NCBI GenBank assembly: GCA_947454355.1
Contig: CANGKR010000001.1
Span: 1 to 48,640 of the forward strand
Reading direction: 5' to 3'
Length of the DNA: 48,640 bases
Source of the DNA: Comamonadaceae bacterium
GTDB lineage: Bacteria; Pseudomonadota; Gammaproteobacteria; Burkholderiales; Burkholderiaceae_C
Under the pieces are notes generated by a model. It was not told where the DNA came from and searched no databases. It saw nothing but the letters and a program-made list of their open reading frames with translations. This document shows positions 28,030 through 38,050 of this stretch, in pieces. The translations under genes and the position numbers were made by a program. Positions within the stretch are counted from its first letter, which is position 1, and every line of letters starts with the position of its first letter.

Positions 28030-29309
28030 GAAAGTTTTGGCTTCTGTGCTCACTCAGCGTGACGGTATTGACCGCAAGCGTGGTCTGGCACAACTACGGC
28101 GATGGCGTCGATGTGCACAGTCCGGCTGCCGCAACATCCAGTCCAGAAACCTTGCAGGCAGGCCGCTACCTGGTGCAAGCCGGCAACTGCATCGCTTGTC
28201 ACACCGCACGGGGCGGGGCGCCCTTGGCTGGCGGACGGGCCATCGACACGCCCTTTGGCGCCGTATTCAGCAGCAACCTCACGCCAGATCCTGAAACGGG
28301 CTTGGGACGTTGGAATGCCCAGCATTTTTGGCGAGCCTTGCACCATGGGCGCTCCAAAGACGGTCGTTTGTTGGCCCCGGCGTTTCCCTATAACCACACC
28401 ACTTTGATCACCCGCGCTGATGCCGACGCGATGTTTGCCTGGCTGCAAAGCTTGCCCGCTGTACCGCAGGTCATGCCGCCACATCAACTGCGTTGGCCCT
28501 TGGGCACACAAGCCGCATTGGCCTTTTGGAGGAGCTTGTATTTCAAAGCAGGCAGCTATCAGCCCCAACCCCAGCAAGACGCAGCCTGGAACCGCGGCGC
28601 GTATTTGGTACAGGGTCTCGGCCACTGCGCGGCATGCCACAGCCCGCGCAACGCCTTGGGGGCGACCGCATCAGTGGATGACCTGTCAGGTGGCTTGATG
28701 TTCGGAATCAATTGGTGGGCCCCTTCGCTCTTAGACCCCTTGCAAACTGGTCTGGCGGAGACGCCAACTTCAGCCATCATCCAACTGTTAAAGACCGGTC
28801 GATCGGGCGAATACCACACCACTGGCCCCATGGGTGAAGTGGTGCAATACAGCACACAGTTTTTGTCAGATGCAGATTTGCAAGCCATGGCGATGTATTT
28901 GCAATCCAAAGCCAAGCCTGATGTTCAAAGTCAGCAACCCTCAGCGACTGCCTTGCGCCGCGTGCTACCCGACGTGGCCACACGTGGCGCGAAAATTTAC
29001 GAACAGCATTGCGCGCAGTGCCATGGCGAACAAGGTCAAGGGCAAACAGGCGCTTACCCGGCGCTGGCCGGCCACCGGGCTGTGCTGCAAAAAGACACCA
29101 CCAACTTAGTGCAAACTGTGCTTTATGGCGGTTACCCGCCCGCCACCGCAGGCAACCCCCGGCCCTTTGGCATGCCACCCTACATCCTGACGCTGGACGA
29201 CAAAGACATTGCCGCTGTGTTGACGCATTTACGCACGCAATGGGGCAACCATGCTGCCGAAGTCACGCCGCTGGAGATCCACCGCATCAGGGCCAGTCAG
29301 GGCTCTTGA
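28026..29309 (+). CDS. Triheme cytochrome c (ADH/gluconate-DH cytochrome subunit family)
   Basis: CIACH, TPFG..SSNLTPD.ETGLG, CAACHSPRN, GPMGEVV, CAQCH, MP. Confidence 0.9.
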   Translation: MRKFWLLCSLSVTVLTASVVWHNYGDGVDVHSPAAATSSPETLQAGRYLVQAGNCIACHTARGGAPLAGGRAIDTPFGAVFSSNLTPDPETGLGRWNAQHFWRALHHGRSKDGRLLAPAFPYNHTTLITRADADAMFAWLQSLPAVPQVMPPHQLRWPLGTQAALAFWRSLYFKAGSYQPQPQQDAAWNRGAYLVQGLGHCAACHSPRNALGATASVDDLSGGLMFGINWWAPSLLDPLQTGLAETPTSAIIQLLKTGRSGEYHTTGPMGEVVQYSTQFLSDADLQAMAMYLQSKAKPDVQSQQPSATALRRVLPDVATRGAKIYEQHCAQCHGEQGQGQTGAYPALAGHRAVLQKDTTNLVQTVLYGGYPPATAGNPRPFGMPPYILTLDDKDIAAVLTHLRTQWGNHAAEVTPLEIHRIRASQGS

Positions 29310-29383
29310 AGCTTATAGGCCAGATGGCAAGGATCTCGCGCAGGTGACAGGCTGACCTGACCGGCTTGGCCTAAGATCGCCCC

Positions 29384-30139
29384 ATGAATTCTCACCTCTA
29401 CATCCTCACGGGTGCCTCTCGCGGCATGGGCTTGGCCATGGCCGAGCAATTGCTGCAGGCGGGCCACAACCTGCTGTGCATCTCGCGCCAGACCAACGCA
29501 GCTTTAGAGCCTTTGGCGAAAACTGTTGGCACCACCTTGACCCAATGGTCTCAAGACCTCTCCGACGGCGTGGCAGCCAGCCAACGCTTGACCCTATGGC
29601 TGCAAGAGCAGGCCCACGCTCCTTGGGGCAGCGTGACTTTAATCAACAACGCTGGCGTCATCCCGCGCATTGGTCCGATGAGCCAGGCTGATGCCGCCGA
29701 TCTGGGCAATGCTTTGCGTGTGGGCCTGGAAGCCCCGATGCAATTGACTGCAGCTTTTTTGCAAGCCACTGATGCATGGTTAATGCCGCGCAAGGTGTTG
29801 AACATCTCTTCGGGTCTGGGCAGGCGGGCCATGGCTTCGCAAGCCGGCTATTGCGCTGCGAAGGCGGGCATGGACCACTTCACCCGTTGTTTGGCGCTGG
29901 AAGAAGCGCTCAAACCCCATGGCGCGAAAGTCTGCTCGTTGGCCCCGGGGGTGATCGACACCGACATGCAGATCCAGTTACGCGGCGCAGACGCCAAAAC
30001 TTTCCCTGACCAGAGCGATTTCATTCAACTCAAGGCAAATGGGCAATTGACTTCGCCCACTGAGGCCGGCACCCGCATTCTGGCGTTTTTGAACCGCCCG
30101 GACTTTGGCGCCAACCCCGTGGCCGATATCCGCGATTGA
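29384..30139 (+). CDS. SDR oxidoreductase (YueD/benzil or sepiapterin reductase-like)
   Basis: TGASRGMG, LINNAG, NISSG, YCAAK, APGVIDTDMQ. Confidence 0.88.
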   Translation: MNSHLYILTGASRGMGLAMAEQLLQAGHNLLCISRQTNAALEPLAKTVGTTLTQWSQDLSDGVAASQRLTLWLQEQAHAPWGSVTLINNAGVIPRIGPMSQADAADLGNALRVGLEAPMQLTAAFLQATDAWLMPRKVLNISSGLGRRAMASQAGYCAAKAGMDHFTRCLALEEALKPHGAKVCSLAPGVIDTDMQIQLRGADAKTFPDQSDFIQLKANGQLTSPTEAGTRILAFLNRPDFGANPVADIRD

Positions 30140-30218
30140 CGCACACCGGCCTTGTCAGCAGCTTGTAGCCATTGACCCGGACAATGTCCGCATTATTTTT
30201 TTCATTTTGGAGACCCTC

Positions 30219-31403
30219 ATGAGTCGTGAAGTCGTTGTTGTCAGCGGTGTGCGCACCGCCATCGGAACCTACGGCGGTAGCCTGAAAGACATCCCCCCTA
30301 CCGAGCTGGCCGCACAAGTCGTTCGTGAGTCACTGGCCCGCGCCCAAGTGGATGGCAAAGAAGTCGGTCATGTGGTGTTCGGCCATGTGGTCAACACCGA
30401 GCCCAAAGACATGTACCTGTCACGCGTGGCCGCCATCAACGGCGGTTGTGCAGAAGGCACACCCGCATTCAACGTCAACCGCCTGTGCGGTTCAGGGCTG
30501 CAATCCATCGTATCGGCCAGCCAAGCGATTTTGCTGGGCGACTGTGACATTGCCATTGGCGGTGGCGCTGAAAACATGAGCCGCGGTCCCTATGCGTCCT
30601 TGACCGCCCGCTGGGGCGCTCGCATGGGTGACGCCAAAATGGTAGATATGGTCCTCGGTGCCTTGCACGATCCCTTCCATACCATCCACATGGGGGTGAC
30701 GGCTGAAAACGTGGCCGCCAAGTACGGCATCACGCGTGAGATGCAAGACGCCCTGGCGGCTGAAAGCCACAACCGCGCCGAACGCGCCACAGCGGCCGGT
30801 TACTTCAAAGACCAAATCCTGCCGGTGATGCTCAAGAGCAAAAAAGGCGATGTGGCCTACGCTACCGACGAGCATTTCCGCGCGGGCTGCAAAGCCGAAG
30901 ACATGGCCAAGCTCAAGCCAGTCTTCGTCAAAGAAAACGGTACCGTGACCGCGGGCAATGCTTCGGGCATCAACGATGCTGCAGCGGCCGTGGTGTTAAT
31001 GGAAGCAGGCACAGCCAAAGCGCGAGGCGCCAAGCCCATGGCGCGTTTGGTGGCCTATGCCCACACCGGGCTGGACCCCAAGATCATGGGCATGGGCCCG
31101 GTCTCGGCGACTCGCCTGGCTTTGCAAAAAGCCGGTTTGACCACCCAGGACATGGACGTGATTGAAGCCAACGAAGCCTTTGCGGCGCAGGCCTGTGCCG
31201 TGACGAAAGAGCTGGGCCTGGACCCCGCCAAAGTCAACCCCAACGGGTCAGGCATTTCCTTGGGTCACCCGATTGGCGCCACAGGCACATTGATCACTGT
31301 CAAAGCGCTGTACGAATTGCAACGTGTGAATGGTCGCTACGCCTTGGTGACCATGTGCATCGGCGGAGGCCAGGGTATTGCCGCCATTTTTGAGCGGATG
31401 TGA
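30219..31403 (+). CDS. bktB: Beta-ketothiolase
   Basis: MSREVVVVSGVRTAIG, NRLCGSG, NASGIND, NEAFA, GHPIGATG, MCIGGGQG. Confidence 0.9.
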   Translation: MSREVVVVSGVRTAIGTYGGSLKDIPPTELAAQVVRESLARAQVDGKEVGHVVFGHVVNTEPKDMYLSRVAAINGGCAEGTPAFNVNRLCGSGLQSIVSASQAILLGDCDIAIGGGAENMSRGPYASLTARWGARMGDAKMVDMVLGALHDPFHTIHMGVTAENVAAKYGITREMQDALAAESHNRAERATAAGYFKDQILPVMLKSKKGDVAYATDEHFRAGCKAEDMAKLKPVFVKENGTVTAGNASGINDAAAAVVLMEAGTAKARGAKPMARLVAYAHTGLDPKIMGMGPVSATRLALQKAGLTTQDMDVIEANEAFAAQACAVTKELGLDPAKVNPNGSGISLGHPIGATGTLITVKALYELQRVNGRYALVTMCIGGGQGIAAIFERM

Positions 31404-32147
31404 TCAAACCGGCTGATCCAGAAAACCACCCTCGCGCAGCGTGATCACCAAGGTGTCACGCCAGCCGCCAGCTTGAGTGGGCTGAATCGGCGTGGTTTCG
31501 TGGATGACGCGGGTATCGTCCATCAACAGCAACGACCAAGGCTCGCTCAAAGTGAAGCGCTGACCTTGGGGACTGTCAACATCAAACACGCGGGTCTCGC
31601 CGCCTTTGATGTCTTGTCGTCCCACCAAAAATACCGCGACCCAGTTCACACCATCACGGTGAGCGCCTTCAGGGGTGGGGCGGCCAATGCCGTCGGTAGT
31701 GTCGATGCGAAATTGGTGTGCCTCGGTGTACCAAGTTTGTGCGCCTTGTGCACGTGAAGCCACACCCGCCAACCAACACATCAGACCCGACCACACCACT
31801 GACTGCATCACCGATGCGGACAGGGGCTCGAACCATCTCTGCATGCCTCCATGCAGCGCGTTATAAGACACGGGCTGCCAATGGGCACGGTGATCCACGG
31901 GGTGCATATGCTTGGGCGTGACCTCCATACTGGCATGCCGGCGACGGCGGTAACGACCACCGTCCTTGAGGTATTGGTCAGGGGGCAGGTCGTCCCAAGT
32001 GGGCTCCAAATTCTGCAGATCCGACACTTTCAAGCCCGCCAAGCTGCACACGCTGTCAGCACTCAACACGGCAAAACCCTGTGCCAGCAAAGTGGCATCA
32101 AGTTGATCGGGTGCGGTCAGGGGTGGAGGCAGCAAAGGAAGTGGCAT
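31404..32147 (-). CDS. 2OG-Fe(II) dioxygenase family protein
   Basis: YRRRR, HQFRI, PTPEGAHRDG (H-x-D), HETTP, RDTLV. Confidence 0.85.
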   Translation of the reverse strand: MPLPLLPPPLTAPDQLDATLLAQGFAVLSADSVCSLAGLKVSDLQNLEPTWDDLPPDQYLKDGGRYRRRRHASMEVTPKHMHPVDHRAHWQPVSYNALHGGMQRWFEPLSASVMQSVVWSGLMCWLAGVASRAQGAQTWYTEAHQFRIDTTDGIGRPTPEGAHRDGVNWVAVFLVGRQDIKGGETRVFDVDSPQGQRFTLSEPWSLLLMDDTRVIHETTPIQPTQAGGWRDTLVITLREGGFLDQPV

Positions 32148-32209
32148 GGGGTCTTCAGGGCCAGCAAGCAAAGAACGCAAGCATAACCCCCAATCACAGC
32201 CCCCATGCC

Positions 32210-32233
32210 TCTGAGGCTTTTGAAAGCCTCAGA
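32210..32233. terminator. Hairpin just downstream of the methionine synthase gene
   Basis: TCTGAGGCTTT-TG-AAAGCCTCAGA perfect inverted repeat; no clear U-tract on the minus strand. Confidence 0.4.
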
Positions 32234-32234
32234 T

Positions 32235-33254
32235 TCAAGCGTAGCGCTGGCTGGCCAACTTGGCCCCATCAGCCAGGGCCTTGAGCTTGGCTTCGGCCAC
32301 GGCGCGACTCATCGGCGCCAGGCCGCAGTTGGTGCAGGCGATCAACCGGTTTTTGGGCACAAACTGAAGCGCACGACCAATGGTGTCGGCGATTTCCTCT
32401 GCAGTTTCGATGGCCGGATTGGCTACGTCGATCACCCCCACCATCACGTCTTTGCCTTCGAGCAGCTTCATCATTTCCATGGGCACATGCGAGTGCATGC
32501 ACTCGAGGCTCACTTGCTGGATGCTGCTCTTGGCCAGAGCCGGAAACACCTTTTCGTACTGACGCCATTCCTGACCCAGTGTCTCTTTCCATTTGTTGTT
32601 GGCTTCGATGCCGTAACCGTAGCAAATGTGGACAGCTGTGGTGCAGGTCAGGCCCCGTGCGGCCACCTCGAGCGCCTTGACACCCCAATCGGCTGCATCG
32701 TCCATGTACACGTTAAAGGCCGGTTCGTCGAACTGGATGATGTCCACACCATCGGCCTGCAGCGCCAACGCTTCTTGGTTGAGCAACTCGGCAAAGGCCA
32801 TGGCCATCTTGACCTTGTCGCCATAAAAGCGATCGGCCACGGTGTCCACAATGGTCATGGGGCCTGGCAAGGTGAATTTGAGTTTCTTCTTGGTGTGGGC
32901 GCGGGCCAGCTGGGCTTCGAAAGCGTGCACGCGGCCCTTGAGGCGCAGCGGCGCGATGACTTGTGGCACCTGCGCGTCGTAGCGGTTGTTGCGGATGCCC
33001 ATGGTCACTTTGTTCACAAAATCGATGCCCTCGACCTGCTCCACAAAGCCGTGCACAAAGTGCTGGCGGGCCTGCTCGCCATCGCCGATCACGTCCAGAC
33101 CCGCGTCTTCTTGCGCCTTGATCCACAGCAGCGTGGCGTCGGCCTTGGCTTGTTGCAGCTCGGGGCCTTGGGTGGTCCACTGAGGCCAGAGTTTTTCGGT
33201 TTCAGCCAACCAAGATGGTTTGGGCAAGCTTCCAGCGATGGCGGTTTCAAACAT
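32235..33254 (-). CDS. Cobalamin-independent methionine synthase, core catalytic domain only (MesD-like)
   Basis: GSLPKPSWL, DGEQ.R, PGPMT, IIQFDEP, HICYGY (Zn His/Cys), TNCG; about 340 aa with no N-terminal folate domain. Confidence 0.85.
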   Translation of the reverse strand: MFETAIAGSLPKPSWLAETEKLWPQWTTQGPELQQAKADATLLWIKAQEDAGLDVIGDGEQARQHFVHGFVEQVEGIDFVNKVTMGIRNNRYDAQVPQVIAPLRLKGRVHAFEAQLARAHTKKKLKFTLPGPMTIVDTVADRFYGDKVKMAMAFAELLNQEALALQADGVDIIQFDEPAFNVYMDDAADWGVKALEVAARGLTCTTAVHICYGYGIEANNKWKETLGQEWRQYEKVFPALAKSSIQQVSLECMHSHVPMEMMKLLEGKDVMVGVIDVANPAIETAEEIADTIGRALQFVPKNRLIACTNCGLAPMSRAVAEAKLKALADGAKLASQRYA

Positions 33255-33272
33255 GGGGGTTCTCCACAAAGT

Positions 33273-34292
33273 TCAGGGTTGACGGTTCAAAGCAAATTCT
33301 TGAGCCAGCAGCTCATACGAGCGGCTTTGGGCTTGGGGGTCATGGGTCCAGGTGATGACCACCACTTCGTTGACCTGCAGCCGCTCAGCCAAGCTTCGCA
33401 GCTTGTCGGCCACTTGAGGGGCGCTGCCCACCAAGGCATTGTCTTTCAGTTGCGCCAGGGCCAATTGCTCGCTGGCAGAGTACTCACGCACCGCCAGCTC
33501 GGGCGGCAACATCGGACCGATGCGCCCGAGGTTGCGGTCCATCCGCCAACGGGCGCGGCTTTCAAACAAATGCCAGGCTTCGGCTTCGGTGTCTGCGGCC
33601 AAAGCCCATACGCACACTGTGGCCTGGGGTTGTGAGCGCAGTTCGCTAGCGCGGAAAGTCTCACGGTACAGATGCAGCGCGTGGTCTGCGCCTTGGCCAT
33701 CGGTGATGAACCACGCAAAGGCATAAGGCAATCCCAAATGGGCCGCCAGTTGAGCACCATAGTCTGAGCTGCCAAGCATCCAGACATCCGGCGCTGTATC
33801 GCTTTGCGGATAGGCAAACACCTGATGACCCGGATGACTGGGAGGCAAGGGCTGCCCCTGGACCCAGGCTTGCAACTCCATGACCTGTTGAGGAAAACGA
33901 TCGCTTGCATGGCGGTCGGGGTTGAGCAATTGGGCAGTGCGACCATCGCTGCCCGGAGCACGGCCCACCCCCAAATCAATCCGGCCTGGAGCCAAAGCAT
34001 CGAGAACCCTGAACTGCTCGGCCACTTTAAGGGGTGCGTAATGCGGCAGCATGACCCCCGCACTGCCCAAGCGAATGCGCTCGGTGCGTGCGGCGATGGC
34101 GGCCATCAAAACCTCGGGGGCAGTGCCCACAATACTGGGATGGCTGTGGTGCTCACTCACCCAAAAACGGTCATAACCCAGTTGTTCAGCCTTTTGGGCC
34201 AGCGCCAGAGTTTGGCGAATGGCGGCATCCTGCCCCCGTCCCGCCATCGCCACCGATTGGTCAAGGACAGACAAACGCAGCGGGGTGCTCAT
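33273..34292 (-). CDS. LLM-class (luciferase-like) flavin-dependent monooxygenase
   Basis: LSVLDQS, RFWVSEHH, GVMLPHY, PGRIDLGVGRAPG, LGSS.YGA. Confidence 0.92.
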   Translation of the reverse strand: MSTPLRLSVLDQSVAMAGRGQDAAIRQTLALAQKAEQLGYDRFWVSEHHSHPSIVGTAPEVLMAAIAARTERIRLGSAGVMLPHYAPLKVAEQFRVLDALAPGRIDLGVGRAPGSDGRTAQLLNPDRHASDRFPQQVMELQAWVQGQPLPPSHPGHQVFAYPQSDTAPDVWMLGSSDYGAQLAAHLGLPYAFAWFITDGQGADHALHLYRETFRASELRSQPQATVCVWALAADTEAEAWHLFESRARWRMDRNLGRIGPMLPPELAVREYSASEQLALAQLKDNALVGSAPQVADKLRSLAERLQVNEVVVITWTHDPQAQSRSYELLAQEFALNRQP

Positions 34293-35998
34293 GCCGACCC
34301 CGTTGGCGCTGCGGCTTGCTCGGCTTCTTGCAGGGCACGCCACATGACTTTGCCGCTGCCGCTTTTGGGCAGCGCATTGACAAACGACACCACGCGCGGC
34401 ACTTTGTAGACGGCCATGTTGTCACGGCACCAGCTGATGATGTCTTGCTCGCTCACCTGCCCTTGGTGAGTGCTGCGCAAGACCACCACCGCTTTGACCG
34501 ACTCACCGCGGTAAGCGTCGCGGGTGGCGATGATGCAGGCCTCTTGAATGGCTGGGTGGCGGAACATCAGCGCCTCGACTTCGGCGGGCCAGACTTTGAA
34601 GCCGCTGGCGTTGATCATGCGTTTCAAGCGATCGGTCATGAAGAAATAACCGTCTTCATCGATGCGCCCCATGTCTCCCGATCGGAAGTACCTTTTGCCG
34701 TTTCGCTCAAAAAAAGCTGAGGCCGTAGCGTCTGGCCGCTTCCAGTATCCGTTGAACACCTGGGGGCCACTGATGATGATCTCCCCGGCTTCGCCCTGCG
34801 GTAACTCCTTAAGGGTGTCTGGGTCCACCACCCGTGCATCCACACTCATGAAGGGAATGCCCAGGCATTGTTTCTTAGGCGCATCGGGCGGGTTGCTGTG
34901 CGAAGGCGCTGCGGTTTCGGTCAAACCGTAGCCTTCCACAAAGCGCAAACCAAATTGGTCCAGCAAGCGCTGGGCCACTGCTTCGGGCATGGCCGCACCG
35001 CCACCGCCGATATAGGTCAAGCTGGTCAAGTCAAAGCGCTCGATCTGGGGGCTGCCCAGCAGGTCAATGACCATGGTCGGAATGTTGGTCCAATGCGTGA
35101 CGCGCCAATGGGAGATCAAGTGCCCCGCCACATCACGGTCCCAGCGTGGCATCAACACCAATGACGCGCCCAGGTAAATGCTGGTGTGCATCACGCTGAC
35201 CATGCCGGTGATGTGGAACATGGGCACCACGGCCAAGGTCACGTTTTCAGGGGTACCGTTACCCCACAAGGCGCCAGCCATGGCGTTATGCATGACGGTG
35301 GCATGTGGATGCATACAACCTTTGGGCAGGCCGGTCGTGCCGCTGGTGTAAGGCAGGATTGCCAGATCGGTACTGATGGCGGTGACCTCGGGCAGAGGCC
35401 GTTTCTGGGCCAGAGCGTCGCTCCAGGCATGCACCTGCCCCTGAGCCAATGATGGCAAGGGCCGGATGGGCACCAACCAGTCGTGCCAGTGCGGGGGCAA
35501 ATTCTCTGGACCGGCCAGCACAGGATCGAACACATCGGTGAACTGTGTCACCACCAGGTGCTGCAGTTGCTGCTCAGTGGGCAAGGCATCGCTGGCTGCG
35601 GCCAATTCAGGTGCGAGATCGGCGGTGGTGATGGCCACGCGGGCGTCCGGATCGGTGATGTAGTGCTTGAGTTCTTCCATCCGGTTCATCGGATTGACGG
35701 GGACAACCACCGCATCGAGCCGCAGAATGGCAAAGTGCGCGATCACCAATTGCGGGCAATTTTGCATGTTCAGCACCACTCGGTCGCCCTTGCGTACACC
35801 AATCTGAGTCAAATGACCTGCCAATGTTTCCGCTTGCACAAGCAATTGGTCATATGACCAAGTCTGCCCCATGTAGATCAAGGCCTTTTTGTCAGGAAAG
35901 CGCTTGGCGCTGATCTCCAGATTGACCCACAGCGATGTGACGGGAGGAGAAATGGCAGCCGGCAACCTTTTAGGCCAAAACGCAGCGTGAGCAGACAT
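34289..35998 (-). CDS. Long-chain-fatty-acid--CoA ligase (ANL superfamily)
   Basis: YTSGTTGLPKG, EGYGLTE, SGD, DRLK, LPKSGSGK. Confidence 0.92.
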   Translation of the reverse strand: MSAHAAFWPKRLPAAISPPVTSLWVNLEISAKRFPDKKALIYMGQTWSYDQLLVQAETLAGHLTQIGVRKGDRVVLNMQNCPQLVIAHFAILRLDAVVVPVNPMNRMEELKHYITDPDARVAITTADLAPELAAASDALPTEQQLQHLVVTQFTDVFDPVLAGPENLPPHWHDWLVPIRPLPSLAQGQVHAWSDALAQKRPLPEVTAISTDLAILPYTSGTTGLPKGCMHPHATVMHNAMAGALWGNGTPENVTLAVVPMFHITGMVSVMHTSIYLGASLVLMPRWDRDVAGHLISHWRVTHWTNIPTMVIDLLGSPQIERFDLTSLTYIGGGGAAMPEAVAQRLLDQFGLRFVEGYGLTETAAPSHSNPPDAPKKQCLGIPFMSVDARVVDPDTLKELPQGEAGEIIISGPQVFNGYWKRPDATASAFFERNGKRYFRSGDMGRIDEDGYFFMTDRLKRMINASGFKVWPAEVEALMFRHPAIQEACIIATRDAYRGESVKAVVVLRSTHQGQVSEQDIISWCRDNMAVYKVPRVVSFVNALPKSGSGKVMWRALQEAEQAAAPTGSA

Positions 35999-36226
35999 GC
36001 AGTGAACTCCAGGGGAAAGGGGTCTAGCGGTAAATGGTCGGCCGATGTTAAGGCCGCAGCTGTCGCAGCTTGGGGGCGGTTATGTCGCAGGGGAGACCTG
36101 GCTTCAGAGTACTCCGTCACCCACGTACCAGCACGTGAGCTTATTGATTTTCAATATTTCATAAAATTTAATATTTAGTTACTTTATTTATTGATGAAAA
36201 CCCTATTTTTTAAATACAATTAAATC

Positions 36227-36832
36227 ATGATTACCCATCACCAACCCGAACGGCCCGAAGACTACTGCGGCACCACCTACGCAGCCAAGCTGCTGGGCCT
36301 GTCTGTGGGCACCATCCAAACTCTGGTTGAAAAAGCCGAACTGCAAGCCTGGAAGACCCAGGGTGGACACCGCCGCATTGCCATGCAGTCCATTCGCGAC
36401 TACCAGCGCCGCCACAACATGACGCCGAGCCTGCCGGAAGGTCGGCTGTCGCGACTCAAGGTGTTGTTGGTGGAAGACGAAGACGTCACCCGCGAAATGA
36501 TGCGCGACTTTTGCGCTCGCTGCGACATGCCGGTCGACTGCACGGCCATGGGCTCGGGCCTGGAGGCCCTGGTCGACATTTCTAGCATCATGCCGGACGT
36601 GTTGATCGCCGACCTGAATATGTCCGGAGTTGATGGCTTTGAATTGCTGCGCACACTGCGGCAAAACCCGCTCTTTTCCAAAATGACCTGCTTGGTCATT
36701 TCGGCCCTGACGCCCGAAGAAATCGAGTCTCGTGGCAACCTGCCCGAGGGCACCATATTTGTCGCCAAGCCCGTCAATTTGCAGTGGCTCAATGGCTTTT
36801 TCACTGCTTTGATGGCGGGCCGGCAAACCTAG
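36227..36832 (+). CDS. Response regulator with N-terminal excisionase/MerR-like HTH and C-terminal receiver
   Basis: AAKLLGLSVGTIQ...WKTQGGHRRI, then LLVEDE, ADLNM..DG, SA, KP. Confidence 0.88.
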   Translation: MITHHQPERPEDYCGTTYAAKLLGLSVGTIQTLVEKAELQAWKTQGGHRRIAMQSIRDYQRRHNMTPSLPEGRLSRLKVLLVEDEDVTREMMRDFCARCDMPVDCTAMGSGLEALVDISSIMPDVLIADLNMSGVDGFELLRTLRQNPLFSKMTCLVISALTPEEIESRGNLPEGTIFVAKPVNLQWLNGFFTALMAGRQT

Positions 36833-36946
36833 CCGGGCAAAAAAACGACTGGCGTTGGCCGATTAACGCGCCAGCCACATCCGGGTTCGACCGGACGACC
36901 CGCCCTGCCACAGCAGTCATACTGTGGCTTTTACAATGGGCTTGTC

Positions 36947-38050
36947 ATGAACCCGATCCTCTTGGCCATCCCGGTATTTTTGCTGAGCATAGGCATCGAA
37001 GCTTGGATCGCGCACCGGCAAGGCCGACAGGTCTACAGTTTGTCGGACGCGATTGGCAGCCTCAATATGGGGGTGCTCAGCCAAGTCAGCGGCCTGTTCA
37101 CTAAATTGATCACACTGGGCATTTATGCTGGGGTCTACGACCTCTGGGCACTGACCCATTGGCCTATGGAAAGCGTATGGGCCTGGCTGGCCGCTTTGGT
37201 CTTGTACGACTTGTGCTACTACTGGAACCACCGCATGGGCCATGAAGTGAGCCTGCTGTGGGGAGCGCACAGCATCCATCACTCCTCGGAGTACTACAAC
37301 CTCAGCACCGCATTGCGTCAATCTGCAACAGGCTTTTTATGGAGCTGGGTCTTTTATTTGCCACTGGCCATAGCGGGCATTCCACCCAAAATGCTGGTGA
37401 TCGTGGGTTTGATCGACTTGCTCTACCAATACTGGGTCCACACCGAATTGATCGGCCGCTTGGGCTGGCTCGATCGGGTGCTGGTCACGCCGTCCAACCA
37501 TCGGGTGCATCATGGTCAAAATGACTACTGCATCGACAAAAATTACGGTGGCATTTTGGTGGTGTGGGATCGTCTGTTTGGTACCTTTGTCCAAGAGCGC
37601 GTGGACGAACCCATCATCTACGGCATTCGCAAGCCACTGAACAGTTTGAACCCGCTATGGGCCAATGCCATGCATTACACAGACATTTTCAAGCAGTGGC
37701 AATCCGCTAACGGATGGCGTGACAAGCTTGTGCAAGTGTGGGGCTCGCCAAGCGCCAATACCCCTGATCCATCACCCTTCCAACCCAGTGCCTTTGTGCG
37801 CTATGCCCCGAAAACTGCACCCAGCTTGGCCTTATATGCCACTGTGCAATATGCCTTGCTGGTGCCGATTTTCATGGGGCTCTTGTACATTTTTGACAAG
37901 ATCCCTCTGTGGCAATCGGGGCTGTATGGCCTTTGGGTGAGCCTGAGCGTCATGTGCATCTCAGGCCTCTTGCAAAACCAGTCGTGGGCTCGGTGGAGCG
38001 AGGCCTTGAGGTGGCTGGCAGCAGGGCTCGCCTTGGCTGTGCTGGTTTAA
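36947..38050 (+). CDS. Sterol desaturase/fatty-acid hydroxylase family (alkylglycerol monooxygenase-like)
   Basis: YYWNHR, HSIHH, YNLSTALRQ, YWVHT, HRVHH, NYGG..WDRLFGTF. Confidence 0.88.
   Translation: MNPILLAIPVFLLSIGIEAWIAHRQGRQVYSLSDAIGSLNMGVLSQVSGLFTKLITLGIYAGVYDLWALTHWPMESVWAWLAALVLYDLCYYWNHRMGHEVSLLWGAHSIHHSSEYYNLSTALRQSATGFLWSWVFYLPLAIAGIPPKMLVIVGLIDLLYQYWVHTELIGRLGWLDRVLVTPSNHRVHHGQNDYCIDKNYGGILVVWDRLFGTFVQERVDEPIIYGIRKPLNSLNPLWANAMHYTDIFKQWQSANGWRDKLVQVWGSPSANTPDPSPFQPSAFVRYAPKTAPSLALYATVQYALLVPIFMGLLYIFDKIPLWQSGLYGLWVSLSVMCISGLLQNQSWARWSEALRWLAAGLALAVLV

Noticed and set aside
27277-29309. TsdBA thiosulfate dehydrogenase
   Set aside because: The second protein has three hemes and ADH/GADH-subunit motifs, unlike the diheme TsdA.
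32205-33635. 476-aa plus-strand ORF (and similar long ORFs at 537-1460, 3396-4589, 20028-21011, 23304-24308)
   Set aside because: Antisense shadows of well-supported genes in GC-rich DNA, with no recognisable motifs.
35999-36130. Possible SAM/SAH riboswitch ahead of the operon containing the methionine synthase
   Set aside because: No recognisable SAM-I, SAM-II or SAH consensus on the minus strand.
36878-36898. CCGGGTTCGACCGG T-loop-like hairpin
   Set aside because: No cloverleaf around it; not a tRNA.
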